The position numbers and the translations under genes were made by a program. Below, piece by piece: positions 39,871 through 49,917 of a stretch of DNA of 64,000 bases. A model generated the notes under the pieces. The model made no database searches. It was not told the DNA's origin and saw only the letters and a program-made list of their open reading frames with translations. The DNA comes from an uncultured Thermotogae bacterium. GTDB taxonomy: Bacteria > Bipolaricaulota > Bipolaricaulia > CAYUCE01. Positions within the stretch are counted from its first letter, which is position 1, and each line of letters starts with the position of its first letter. The stretch lies in contig CAYUCE010000002.1 of NCBI GenBank assembly GCA_964443275.1, positions 358-64,357 on the forward strand, given 5' to 3'.

Positions 39871-40181
39871 ATGTCCTATCGCAAAATTCTTACTAGTGTG
39901 CGAGGCAGACTACTTCCACATTTACACATCGGACCAAAGGTTATTGTAAATACCATCTATACTATGCGGTATTTGACAAGATTACGTTGCCCATTGTTTC
40001 TGTATTCTTTTCTTAAAAGAAATAGATTTAAGAAATGCCAACCTCTGGTATTTTCACCTTTGGAAGGTCCGCTTTCCCAAGAGAAGTTAGCTTTTAAGCC
40101 ACGACTTGTAAGTAAAAAGGAAACCTGCAAAATTCGCTTAAAAATATAGCATTTACATTCGCAAAATGAGGCTGTGAAGCA

Positions 40182-41147
40182 ATGTCGATATATGCATTCA
40201 TAGTTAGACGTTTATTTGTAAGCTTCGGTACAATACTTATCATTACTGTTGTGGTATTTTCCTTTTTACACCTACTTCCTGGTGATCCCGCTCAGATGAT
40301 CCTCGGTGGTGGTACAGAAGGAGGCACTATAAATGAAGAGCAACTACAACGTATCAGACAGGAATTAAATTTAGATAAACCACTGCATATTCAATATTTT
40401 CTCTTTCTAAAAAACGCTCTCCAAGGTAATTTGGGGAAATCCTATTACAACGATCAGCCTGTTTCCAATGTGTTATTAATACGCTTCCAGAGATCATTCG
40501 AATTGGTCATATTGAGTTTTCTACTCGCGGTACCAGTTGGTATATCTCTTGGCGTATTAGCAGGCATACATAGTGGAAGATACCTTAGCACGATTATTGT
40601 TCTACTCTCTGTTTTAGGCATATCTCTTCCTGTTTACGTACTGGGTCCGCTTTTTATAAAAATATTTTCCTTGCAATTAAGTTGGCTGCCAACATCAGGA
40701 TATGTTCTCATAAGTGAGAGTACTGTGAAGCATATACAATCTCTTGTACTTCCGGTAACCACACTGTCTTTGGGCCTAATAGCAATGATTAGTAGAATAC
40801 AGCGATCAAGTCTTTTAGAAGTTCTCCACTCCGAATATATAACCACCGCAAGATCAAAAGGGCTTAATGAAGGGATAGTAATGACCAAACATGCGCTTCG
40901 GAATGCTGTAATCCCCGTTATCTCAATAGGTAGTGTACAATTAGCCCGTTTAGTAGGAGGGACTGTGGTTTTAGAAACCGTTTTTACCTACCCCGGATTA
41001 GGATTGCTACTGAAGGAATCTATTATGAGACGTGATCTACCTGTTATCCTAGGTATTGCACTTCTGGTTGGAATTACTTTTAGCATCATTAACTTACTCG
41101 TTGACTTGGCTTATTGTTTCTTGGATCCCAGGATTAGGTATGATTAA
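40182..41147 (+). CDS. ABC transporter permease (DppB/OppB-like), set 1
   Basis: 321 aa with six TM helices and the EAA-like loop region of the BPD_transp_1 family. Confidence 0.85.
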   Translation: MSIYAFIVRRLFVSFGTILIITVVVFSFLHLLPGDPAQMILGGGTEGGTINEEQLQRIRQELNLDKPLHIQYFLFLKNALQGNLGKSYYNDQPVSNVLLIRFQRSFELVILSFLLAVPVGISLGVLAGIHSGRYLSTIIVLLSVLGISLPVYVLGPLFIKIFSLQLSWLPTSGYVLISESTVKHIQSLVLPVTTLSLGLIAMISRIQRSSLLEVLHSEYITTARSKGLNEGIVMTKHALRNAVIPVISIGSVQLARLVGGTVVLETVFTYPGLGLLLKESIMRRDLPVILGIALLVGITFSIINLLVDLAYCFLDPRIRYD

Positions 41148-41997
41148 TCTTAAACAGGAATTATGCAATAAAATGAAACTTTTACGTGATTTCCGTGTTA
41201 CTATAAGCTCGATAATTATCCTCGCCTTGCTACTGTTATCTCTCTTGGCACCAGTTCTTCCAGTAAGAGATCCCTTTGAGATGAATTTCTCGAATATGTT
41301 AGAGGGACGAAGCAGCAGTTTTTTACTAGGTACAGACGAATACGGTCGTGATTTGTTAAGCAGGATACTATACGGCACAAGAGTAACCCTTTCAGTAGCT
41401 TTTGCAGCTACCACTATTGCGGCAATTCTTGGTTGCTTACTTGGTATATGTTCAGCATATTTTAGAGGATGGTCAGAAACATTCCTTATGCGAATTACAG
41501 AAGTTCTGGTATCATTTCCTCCCGTTTTACTGGCAATGATAGTGGTTGGACTTTGGGGACCGGGGATGAGAAATTTAATTCTAAGTATAGGAGTAATTCA
41601 TTCTCCTATGTTTGCCCGACTGAGCTACGGAGTAACCAAATCAGAGCGAGAGAGAGAGTACGTTAAAGCCAGCAAATCATTGGGAGCATCAAATACTTGG
41701 ATAATTGCTAAAGTGTTGTTACCCAACATCGCAGCACCTATCATTGTGCAATTTGCAGTCAACTTTGCTTGGGCAGCTCTTCTTGCTGGAGGCCTGAGTT
41801 TCCTTGGATTAGGGATCATTCCTCCCCGGCCTTCGCTTGGAAATATTCTTGCAGGTGCTCGCAGTTATATGGCCTTGAACTGGTCATATTTTCTCTGGCC
41901 TGCTGTTGTACTTGGCACTCTAATAACGGCTGTGAATATTTTAAGTGAAGGGTTGCGCGAAGCGCTGGATCCAAAGCAGCGGGGGTCAATTGTCTGA
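41140..41997 (+). CDS. ABC transporter permease (DppC/OppC-like), set 1
   Basis: Track ORF is 41056..41997. The likely start is the ATG at 41140, which overlaps the upstream stop. It has an OppC-type N-terminal domain and TM helices. Confidence 0.8.
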   Translation: MINLKQELCNKMKLLRDFRVTISSIIILALLLLSLLAPVLPVRDPFEMNFSNMLEGRSSSFLLGTDEYGRDLLSRILYGTRVTLSVAFAATTIAAILGCLLGICSAYFRGWSETFLMRITEVLVSFPPVLLAMIVVGLWGPGMRNLILSIGVIHSPMFARLSYGVTKSEREREYVKASKSLGASNTWIIAKVLLPNIAAPIIVQFAVNFAWAALLAGGLSFLGLGIIPPRPSLGNILAGARSYMALNWSYFLWPAVVLGTLITAVNILSEGLREALDPKQRGSIV

Positions 41998-42090
41998 TAA
42001 ATGCATAAAGGTAGATGCGTGGTATTTATAGATGTAGTGGGGAAAGCAGGCGAAGATTAGATATGAACGTAAAGATAAAAGGAGGTAGAC

Positions 42091-42771
42091 ATGCAAAATC
42101 TCAAGGAAAAACGAGGAGATCAAACCTACGAGACATATCAATCGATTTCAGTAGATTACATAAAAGGTGGATATCTTGATGGCACAATCGGCTTTGGAGC
42201 AAAGCCAGCAATTATTGTTATTGATTATCAAAAGGCGTTTACTACTTTTGAAGCGACTCTAGGCACAAGTGACTTAATCCAACAAGGAGTTGAAAATACA
42301 GCCATTCTTCTAAAAGAAGCTAGGAAAAAAGGAGTGCAGATTTTCTTTACCAATGTTGCCTGGAGAGAAGATAGGAAAGATTTTGGGATGTGGAAGGGTA
42401 AAATGACACAATGTCTAAAAGAGGCTACTTTGGGTACTTGGGGCGTAGAAGTAGATGACAGACTAAAAATGGAAGACGGCGATATTTTCTTCTACAAAAA
42501 GTGGCCCTCAGCTTTCCATGGCACGCCTCTCAGCACTTATTTAACCACAAAGGGAATTGATACTTTAATCGTAACTGGCTGCACCACCTCCGGATGTGTT
42601 AGGGGAACAATCTATGATTCTTTCTCTAGTGGTTTTAGAACCATCGTTCCTTATGGCTGCGTAGGTGACATAATTCAATCTGCACATGAGCAAAATCTTG
42701 CAGATATCCATAAGAGATATGCCGATGTTCTCCCATTAGAAAAGGTTATTACCTATATACGTGAGCTTTAG
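42091..42771 (+). CDS. Isochorismatase-family cysteine hydrolase (N-carbamoylsarcosine amidase / RutB-like)
   Basis: Catalytic-triad context IIVIDYQKAF ... LIVTGCTTSGCVRGTIYD. Length is 226 aa. Confidence 0.75.
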   Translation: MQNLKEKRGDQTYETYQSISVDYIKGGYLDGTIGFGAKPAIIVIDYQKAFTTFEATLGTSDLIQQGVENTAILLKEARKKGVQIFFTNVAWREDRKDFGMWKGKMTQCLKEATLGTWGVEVDDRLKMEDGDIFFYKKWPSAFHGTPLSTYLTTKGIDTLIVTGCTTSGCVRGTIYDSFSSGFRTIVPYGCVGDIIQSAHEQNLADIHKRYADVLPLEKVITYIREL

Positions 42772-42957
42772 TAATTTCTAGCAATTTCTCTGTAAAGATG
42801 TTTAAATCATGTCTTTGAATCCATGATTATAGTAAGAATATATAGAAGTTGAGAAGTGAGACAATAAGTTTTCGTAAAGGAAAGTCATGTATGATTATAC
42901 TTTTGCAGAATTTTTGCTTCCAACTGAGAATTTTAAGATCTAGCGAAAGGAATATTT

Positions 42958-44421
42958 ATGTATGGAGAAAGAAACTTCTTATCCTCTGAGCGGCCCTATC
43001 TCCGTGTTCTCTCAGAAAAACAGTTAGAGAATCTCCATTTTGCTTCTCTGCGCGTGCTGGAGAGAACGGGGATGATTTTTAACTCTTCTCAAGCTGTTGA
43101 CCTGCTTCTTTCGGCCGGTGGCCGAAGAGTTGAAGGAAATAGAATTTCGATTCCTTCTCATTTAATTGATAAATCTCTCAAGAGCGCGCCTAAGCAAATA
43201 AGGATTAGTGATCGAGAGGGTGATTCCATGATGCTCCTATCGGGCCACAATGTCTATTACGGTACTGGGTCCGATCTTCCTAGTGTCATTGATCCATATT
43301 CCGGTGAGAAGCGTGCCTCATTAGCAAAAGATGTGGGTAACTTCGCCAGGGTCTGTGACTATTTACCAAACATTGATTTTGTGATGTCTATGGCACTGGC
43401 TTCCGATCACCCTGTGGAAGTAGCCGATTTATATCATTTTTTACAGATGGTTAGCAATACGACGCTGCCCATACTCTTTACTGCTTCTAATCGTGAAAGT
43501 TTAGAATACATTTACCAAATGTGTCTGGCCATAAGGGGTAGCGAACAAGCATTGACAAAAGAGCCCTTTATAATTCACTATGCCGAACCTAGCAGTCCAC
43601 TACAGCATAGTAAAGATGCTGTTGACAAACTTCTTTTCTGCGCGAAGCACGGAATTCCGGTCACTTATCCATCCGGAACTTCTCTCGGAGTTACCGCCCC
43701 AGTCACTATCGCCGGTGCTATGGTTATGGCAAACGCAGAGTTTCTTGGTGGACTCGTTTTAAGTCAACTAACACAGGAAGGGGCTCCCATCATTTACGGT
43801 GGTGGGAATTCAGCGATGGATATGCGCACCATGGCGTATCTCTATGCAGCCCCCGAAAATTGGCTTAATGGAATGATAGTCCGGGAACTATCCTCCTACT
43901 ATAGGTTACCATGTTTTGGGGAAGGTGGCTGCGGTGATGCTAAGACCTTCGACCAACAAGCAAGTAGTGAGGCCACAAGCACATTGTTAGTTACTAGTCT
44001 GATTGGTACAAACCTTATACATGATGTGGGATACATCGAGTCAGGCAAGACAGGTTCCTATGGAATGCTTTTGCTATCTGATGACGTTATTGGACAAATT
44101 AAACGTTTTCTCCGTGGGGTCGAGGTATCGAATGAAACCCTAGCAGTAGAAGTATTAGACAGAGTTGGACCAGGAGGTAATTTTCTCACCGATCAACATA
44201 CTCTAAACCATTTTAAGGATTCAATTTATAATCCAAATTATTTTGATCGCCAAACCTTTAGTCAGTGGGTAAAACAAGGCAAAAAAGCACTTGGTCAAGT
44301 ATTGAACGAGAAAGCTAGATGGATTTTGGAAAATCATGAACCTAAACCTTTACCAGAAGGAGTTAAGCAGAAGATAAATACCATCATTCAAAAAGCCGAG
44401 GAACAAAGGGAAAGAACGTAA
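42958..44421 (+). CDS. MttB-superfamily (trimethylamine/quaternary-amine:corrinoid methyltransferase-like) protein, non-pyrrolysine
   Basis: The N-terminus LSEKQLENLHFASLRVLERTGMIF matches the family start. The core GIPVTYPSGTSLGVTAPVTIAGAMVMANAEFLGGLVLSQLT...YGGGNS...DAK...VSNETLAVEVLDRVGPGGNFL aligns along MttB/MtgB. A Cys/Gly sits at the position of the UAG/Pyl residue of true MttB. No corrinoid protein or RamA-like activase is in the window. Confidence 0.7.
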   Translation: MYGERNFLSSERPYLRVLSEKQLENLHFASLRVLERTGMIFNSSQAVDLLLSAGGRRVEGNRISIPSHLIDKSLKSAPKQIRISDREGDSMMLLSGHNVYYGTGSDLPSVIDPYSGEKRASLAKDVGNFARVCDYLPNIDFVMSMALASDHPVEVADLYHFLQMVSNTTLPILFTASNRESLEYIYQMCLAIRGSEQALTKEPFIIHYAEPSSPLQHSKDAVDKLLFCAKHGIPVTYPSGTSLGVTAPVTIAGAMVMANAEFLGGLVLSQLTQEGAPIIYGGGNSAMDMRTMAYLYAAPENWLNGMIVRELSSYYRLPCFGEGGCGDAKTFDQQASSEATSTLLVTSLIGTNLIHDVGYIESGKTGSYGMLLLSDDVIGQIKRFLRGVEVSNETLAVEVLDRVGPGGNFLTDQHTLNHFKDSIYNPNYFDRQTFSQWVKQGKKALGQVLNEKARWILENHEPKPLPEGVKQKINTIIQKAEEQRERT

Positions 44422-44467
44422 TAACATTCTTGTATGATTTTGTGAACAACTAAAAGGAGGATATAAA

Positions 44468-45451
44468 TTGGAAAATGCTTTTGATTTTGTGAAACTTCAT
44501 GCAGGTTGGGATGAGTGTATATTGATTTTTGGGGAGCAATTGCCCAAAGGTGAAGAGCTTAACATTAGCTTATCTCTATTAAAGAAACCAAGCATTGGTG
44601 GAACGGAGGTTGGAATCCTCTATCCTCCTAACGATTCAGGGGATATCAGGGTTAAGATAGTTGATGCTACCAGCAATAGCTATATACGAATGTGTGGAGG
44701 ACTCACACAATCTTTAGGAAAAGCCATTGTTGAAACCAATATCGGTGAAAAGCTAGGGATAACGATACCTGATGGAACGCAAGAAGTCCTATTAGAAACA
44801 GATGCCGGGCTTATTCCCATTGAAATCGAGGTTCAAAATCACATCACCCGGAAGGTAGTCACTAAAATGGATTCTTACCTTACTGATTGTTATGAACGTG
44901 GAGTTGAGTTGGAAAAACTAGATGGAATGTCCGTGGTAGATGTCGGTATTAATGAGGAAGAAAAGGAGTTTTTGGTTATCGATATTGAAGAGCTATCGAG
45001 ACGGTTCTCTAAAGTTAATTTTTTTAAGAGGGAAGAGGCTGCTCTGAATATCTTAGAAGAGGTTTACCGCAAGTTTCTCAGTTCACGCGAAATGTCTTTG
45101 AAATATTTATATGGTGCCCTATATCAGCTTAAAGAGTCAGGGGCAGAAAAGAGGATTCAAACTGTATTCCGCTTCTTTCCATGGGATTATTCACCAGGGG
45201 ATAATTTGGAGTTCGCTTGCGGTACTGGGACAATAGCCATTGGTATCGCCATGTATGAGCGCGGACAGATAGATTTTTCTGATGGAACTGAAAACTTATT
45301 TTTAACCGTTGGTGGAAAACACCTTCCCTCAGGAACAAGAGCGAAAACTCACTTACAACTGGAGGGTACGAAGCAGGGGATAACAAGTGCCCGATTTAGC
45401 CATGACCGTATTGAAATAGTAGCCAGTGGCAAGATCTACATTACTGCATGA
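44468..45451 (+). CDS. DapF-fold PLP-independent amino-acid racemase/epimerase family protein
   Basis: N-terminal FDFVKLHAGWDECILIF matches DapF FSKMHGLGNDFMVV. Two catalytic-Cys motifs are present: RMCGGLTQS and EFACGTGTIAIGIA. The second matches the SPCGTGTSA motif of proline racemase. Confidence 0.5.
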   Translation: MENAFDFVKLHAGWDECILIFGEQLPKGEELNISLSLLKKPSIGGTEVGILYPPNDSGDIRVKIVDATSNSYIRMCGGLTQSLGKAIVETNIGEKLGITIPDGTQEVLLETDAGLIPIEIEVQNHITRKVVTKMDSYLTDCYERGVELEKLDGMSVVDVGINEEEKEFLVIDIEELSRRFSKVNFFKREEAALNILEEVYRKFLSSREMSLKYLYGALYQLKESGAEKRIQTVFRFFPWDYSPGDNLEFACGTGTIAIGIAMYERGQIDFSDGTENLFLTVGGKHLPSGTRAKTHLQLEGTKQGITSARFSHDRIEIVASGKIYITA

Positions 45452-45577
45452 TTTTTCCCTCTAGACGCTGCTAAGACTGAGTTAGTAGCATGGCTATTAA
45501 CAAATCCGAAATAAATATTAGTAGAAAGAAACGATGCTCAGTAACTGCTAGAGCGATAGCAAAGTGTAGGTGATCAA

Positions 45578-46504
45578 ATGGGGATCACCCAATATTTCAT
45601 AAGACGTTTACTGTTAATCATTCCAGTAATACTGGTGGTTTCAGTAGTTAATTTCTCGATGCTCCATTTGGCCCCAGGTGATCCTGTACGGGTAATGGTT
45701 AACCCTCGAATGGGTGAGGAGGCCATTCAACAAAAACGCAAAGAGTTGGGATTGGACAAACCACTCTTTATTCAATATTTGAACTTTATGAAGAGGATAA
45801 TTACAGGCAACCTGGGACGCTCAATCTACACCAGGGAGCGTATCGAAGCTATGATACTGCGGCGTCTATCAAACACATTAATCTTGGGAATCACTGCTCT
45901 CACTCTGGCTTTTCTTATTGCAATACCTTTTGGTACTTTGGCTGCGAAATACCGTGGAAGGTTACTAGATTACGCTTCTATGTTTGCAGCCCTTGTTGGC
46001 CTTTCTATGCCCCAATTTTGGCTGGGGCTAGTACTAATGCTGGTGTTTGCAATAAAACTTGGGTGGTTCCCAGTGGCTGGTTACGGAGACTTAAGACATC
46101 TTGTGCTTCCCGCTATCACCCTTGCTGCATATTTTACAGGTCTTATGACCCGATTGAACCGTTCTAGCTTGCTGGAAGTGATGGGAAAAGACTACATGTT
46201 TACCGCCCGAGCCAAGGGACTTTCTGAGGTAACTGTGCTTTTCAAACACGGACTGCGTAACTCTTTGACTACCGTAATTTCCTTCTTGGGATTACAGGTT
46301 GGCTGGCTAGTAGGGGGAGCGGTAATGGTGGAATTCGTTTTTAATAGGCCGGGGTTGGGAAGATTGATCGTACAATCCCTTTATCGGCGGGATTATCCGG
46401 TAATACAGATTCTTTTACTTATTCTGGTTACCTCAGTTATATTGGGAAATTTACTAGCCGATCTATGCTATGCAACGGTCAACCCAAAAATTAGATATAA
46501 ATAG
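45578..46504 (+). CDS. ABC transporter permease (DppB/OppB-like), set 2
   Basis: 308 aa paralog of the set 1 permease, with six TM helices. Confidence 0.85.
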   Translation: MGITQYFIRRLLLIIPVILVVSVVNFSMLHLAPGDPVRVMVNPRMGEEAIQQKRKELGLDKPLFIQYLNFMKRIITGNLGRSIYTRERIEAMILRRLSNTLILGITALTLAFLIAIPFGTLAAKYRGRLLDYASMFAALVGLSMPQFWLGLVLMLVFAIKLGWFPVAGYGDLRHLVLPAITLAAYFTGLMTRLNRSSLLEVMGKDYMFTARAKGLSEVTVLFKHGLRNSLTTVISFLGLQVGWLVGGAVMVEFVFNRPGLGRLIVQSLYRRDYPVIQILLLILVTSVILGNLLADLCYATVNPKIRYK

Positions 46505-46515
46505 GGTCAGTTGCC

Positions 46516-47334
46516 ATGCGAGTACTTAAACATAAGCAGATAATTTTTGGAGGCGGGGTAATACTGGTCTTTTGCACGATAGCGATACTCGCTCCTTATA
46601 TTATCCCTTATCACTATTGGGAGCAGGATTTAATGGAGTCCCTACACGAGCCTAGTGGAGAGCACTTCTTTGGTACGGATAATTTCGGGCGTGATGTCTT
46701 TAGCCGAGTTGTTTATGGAACACGAATATCACTTATTTCCGCGCTGGGAGCTGCAGGAGTTGCTTCTATAGTGGGATTAACTCTGGGGTTGTTGGCCGGT
46801 TATTTAGGAGGAGCGGTGGATCGAGTTGTCCAAACGGCAATTGACGTATCCTGGTCGTTCCCCACAGTACTATTGGCTATTTTGATTGCATCAGTAGCAA
46901 GCCCGGGATTGAGCTCCACTATTATCGCCATTGCAGCCGTGTATTGGGCACAATATGCGCGGGTAATCCGGGGAGAGGTTTTATCAGTAAGGGAGGAAGA
47001 GTACGTACACGCCGCCAAGAGTATCGGCTGTACGGAGGTCAGGGTAATGGCTCGCCATGTGTTTCCCAACGTGGTCCCCCCGATGATAGTGATGATAAGT
47101 ATCACCATGGGATACGCTATATTACTAGAAGCAATGCTAAGTTTTTTAGGTGTCGGAGTTCAACCTCCCACTCCTAGTTGGGGAATCGTTCTCTCCGAAG
47201 GGCGTGATTTTCTGACCAGAGCCCCCTGGATAACCCTCTTTCCAGGCATGATCATTTCCCTAGCCGTTCTAGCTTTCAATTTCCTTGGTGATGGACTGAG
47301 GGATTACCTCGATCCATATATGAAGCGGATATGA
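46516..47334 (+). CDS. ABC transporter permease (DppC/OppC-like), set 2
   Basis: 272 aa with an OppC-type TM arrangement. Confidence 0.85.
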   Translation: MRVLKHKQIIFGGGVILVFCTIAILAPYIIPYHYWEQDLMESLHEPSGEHFFGTDNFGRDVFSRVVYGTRISLISALGAAGVASIVGLTLGLLAGYLGGAVDRVVQTAIDVSWSFPTVLLAILIASVASPGLSSTIIAIAAVYWAQYARVIRGEVLSVREEEYVHAAKSIGCTEVRVMARHVFPNVVPPMIVMISITMGYAILLEAMLSFLGVGVQPPTPSWGIVLSEGRDFLTRAPWITLFPGMIISLAVLAFNFLGDGLRDYLDPYMKRI

Positions 47335-47571
47335 GAGATAGCACTTGAAAACGTAGATAACTTGGTTAGGAAACGGGGGCTTAGAGTTTTATAACCCAGT
47401 AAGTGATATAGGCGATATCATTTGGGATCGATCTTTCACGAGTATAGCTTCTTAATTAAGTCTATTTTATTTCTGGCAGTTGAACAGTTGTTTAAAGATG
47501 AGGATATGAAAAAACCGTGGGATTTCTTGAAAGATAAATCAAATTAGGTTCTAAAAAGGAGTAAATATAGA

Positions 47572-48504
47572 ATGAAAAACAGAATGAAAGGTAGAGATTT
47601 TTTAACTTTAATGGATTACACTAAAGAGGAGATAACCTGGATTTTAGAGTGCGCAGATGAATTAAAACGTTCTTGGGCTAAGGGTGAACCTCATGAATAT
47701 CTTAGGGGAAAAACTGTTGCCGCTCTGTTTGAGAAGCAGTCCACCAGAACCCGTACCTCCTTTCAAGCTGGAATGGCTCATTTAGGAGGTCAAAGCTTCT
47801 ATATGAGACCTGATGAGCTTCAGCTAGGACGTGGGGAGCCCATTAAGGACACAGCTAGAGTAATTGATCGCTACTGTGATGCCCTGTTTATTAGAACTTA
47901 TGGACAGGAGATAGCGGAGGAGTTTGCAGAGTACATGAAAAATCCGGTTATCAACGCCTTGACCAATTTAACTCATCCTTGCCAGGGGCTTGCGGATCTT
48001 TTAACTATTAAGGAAAAAAAGGGAGGATTTAAAGATCTAAAGTTAGCTTACACGGGCGCTGTCTCTAACGTATGTCATAGCCTCATGATAGGAGGAACCA
48101 TTATGGGGATAGATGTTTACGTGGCTAGACCAGAAGGTTATGATCCTGACCCCCGCCCGTTAAAATTTGCTGAAGAGAAGGCCAAAGGCTCGGGGAAAAA
48201 TCTTATTGTTACAGATGATCTAAACGAAGCAGTAAACAACGCGGATATAGTTTATGCCGATGCTTGGCATGCTATGGGAACTAAGGATAAGGAGCAAAAA
48301 GAAGAGAATTTTTTGCCTTTTCAGATAAATGAAGAAGTGTTAGCCCTGGCAAAAGATGACTTTATCTTTATGCATTGCCTGCCTGCATATAGAGGGAAAG
48401 AGGTAACTGAGATGGTAATCGAAGGTCCGCATTCAGTGGTTTGGGATCAAGCGGAAAATAGGATGCACACGGAGAAGGCGATATTAGCGTTGCTTGTTCA
48501 ATAA
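47572..48504 (+). CDS. Carbamoyltransferase of the OTC/ATC family (ornithine or putrescine carbamoyltransferase, catabolic context)
   Basis: STRTR motif (FEKQSTRTRTSFQAG) for carbamoyl-phosphate binding, plus HPCQ and HCLP motifs. Length is 310 aa. Confidence 0.85.
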   Translation: MKNRMKGRDFLTLMDYTKEEITWILECADELKRSWAKGEPHEYLRGKTVAALFEKQSTRTRTSFQAGMAHLGGQSFYMRPDELQLGRGEPIKDTARVIDRYCDALFIRTYGQEIAEEFAEYMKNPVINALTNLTHPCQGLADLLTIKEKKGGFKDLKLAYTGAVSNVCHSLMIGGTIMGIDVYVARPEGYDPDPRPLKFAEEKAKGSGKNLIVTDDLNEAVNNADIVYADAWHAMGTKDKEQKEENFLPFQINEEVLALAKDDFIFMHCLPAYRGKEVTEMVIEGPHSVVWDQAENRMHTEKAILALLVQ

Positions 48505-48597
48505 CCGGAGGGTAAGTTATTTATTTACAGTTATATTAATCGTAATTGGTTATGGAATTGGGAACTACCAATGAAGAAGATCGAAAGGAGGATTTAG

Positions 48598-49917
48598 ATG
48601 TCTACTCGACCTAGTTTTATCTCTTTTAGCACCTGTTCCCCTGGCCCAAAGTCAAAGGAAATTGCCAAGAAGAGAGAGAGGTTTGTAACTAATGCATTGG
48701 GCAGGCAATCTCTTTGTCCCGGTTATATTGCCAGTGGTGATGGCGCTTTGGTCACCGACATAGACGGAAATACCTTTATCGATTTTACCGGGGGTTGGGG
48801 ATGTTTAATCGTCGGTCATACTCCAACCAGAGTAGTGAAAGCAATTAAAGAACAAGCTGAGAAATATCTTCACACGGACTTTTCAGCAGTTCCGTACGAA
48901 CCCTACGTCGAGCTTGCCGAGCGATTGGTTAAGCTGGCCCCCGGCGATTGGCCCAAAAAGGCGGCCTTTTTTAATAGTGGAGCAGAAGCGGTGGAAAATG
49001 CGGTAAAGATATCACGTGCTTACACCGGAAGGAAAGCAGTGATAGTATTCGAAAATGCCTTTCACGGCCGGACACTTCTAACTATGACCATGACCCACAA
49101 AGCCAAACCCTATAAGTACAAGTTTGGCCCATTTGCCTCCGATATCTACCGGCTACCCTATCCCAACTCCTATCGTTCTGATGGAAAATCAAAAGACTGG
49201 GAGCGGGAACTTACTTCTCTGGTCAATCCTGAAGAGGTGGCTTGCTTAGTAATAGAGCCCATACAAGGTGAAGGGGGGTTTTTAGTTCCTCCGGATGGAT
49301 TCTTAAAACAATTACGGGATCTGTGTGACAAGTACGGTATCTTGTTTGTAGCAGATGAGATTCAAACCGGTATGGGCAGGACGGGGAAGATGTTTGCTAT
49401 CCAACATTGGGACATCGAACCGGACATTATTACAGTAGCCAAATCGCTGGCTGCCGGGCTTCCTCTATCCGGGGTAATCGCCAAAAAAGAAGTCATCGAT
49501 TCTCTTATCGAGGGAGCCATCGGAGGTACATATTGTGGAAATCCACTTGCCTGCCGGGCAGCCATCGAGGTCTTAAACCTTATCCAGGAAGAAAATCTCC
49601 TTTCACGAGCCGAAAAAATCGGCAAACAAATAAAGGAAAGATTTACTTCGATGAAGGAAAAGTACGAAATCATAGGCCATATACGGGGTATAGGAGCCAT
49701 GGTGGGAATGGAATTTGTTAAAGATAGAGATACTAAGGAGCCTGCTTCAGAGGCTACTTCCCAGATCGTTAAAGATTGTGTTTCACATGGACTGCTTGTT
49801 CCCAGCTGCGGAATTTACAATAACGTAATCAGATTACTGGTGCCTTTGGTAATTACCGACTCCCAGCTAAGCGAGGGCTTGGACGTGTTAGAGGAGGCGA
49901 TCTCCAGTATTGCTTAA
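48598..49917 (+). CDS. Class-III PLP-dependent aminotransferase, copy B
   Basis: 439 aa. Identical to copy A between QSLCPGYIASGDG and VITDSQLSEG. The termini are divergent. Confidence 0.85.
   Translation: MSTRPSFISFSTCSPGPKSKEIAKKRERFVTNALGRQSLCPGYIASGDGALVTDIDGNTFIDFTGGWGCLIVGHTPTRVVKAIKEQAEKYLHTDFSAVPYEPYVELAERLVKLAPGDWPKKAAFFNSGAEAVENAVKISRAYTGRKAVIVFENAFHGRTLLTMTMTHKAKPYKYKFGPFASDIYRLPYPNSYRSDGKSKDWERELTSLVNPEEVACLVIEPIQGEGGFLVPPDGFLKQLRDLCDKYGILFVADEIQTGMGRTGKMFAIQHWDIEPDIITVAKSLAAGLPLSGVIAKKEVIDSLIEGAIGGTYCGNPLACRAAIEVLNLIQEENLLSRAEKIGKQIKERFTSMKEKYEIIGHIRGIGAMVGMEFVKDRDTKEPASEATSQIVKDCVSHGLLVPSCGIYNNVIRLLVPLVITDSQLSEGLDVLEEAISSIA

Noticed and set aside
39793-40149. ORF of 118 aa in the gap between the substrate-binding protein gene and the permease gene
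   Set aside because: It has no Shine-Dalgarno, an odd composition, and overlaps the perfect palindrome. The region is more likely an untranslated intercistronic spacer.
42805-42830. AATCATG-n10-CATGATT inverted repeat upstream of the MttB-like gene
   Set aside because: The 7-bp arms in AT-rich sequence are of borderline significance. It is mentioned only as a possible operator.
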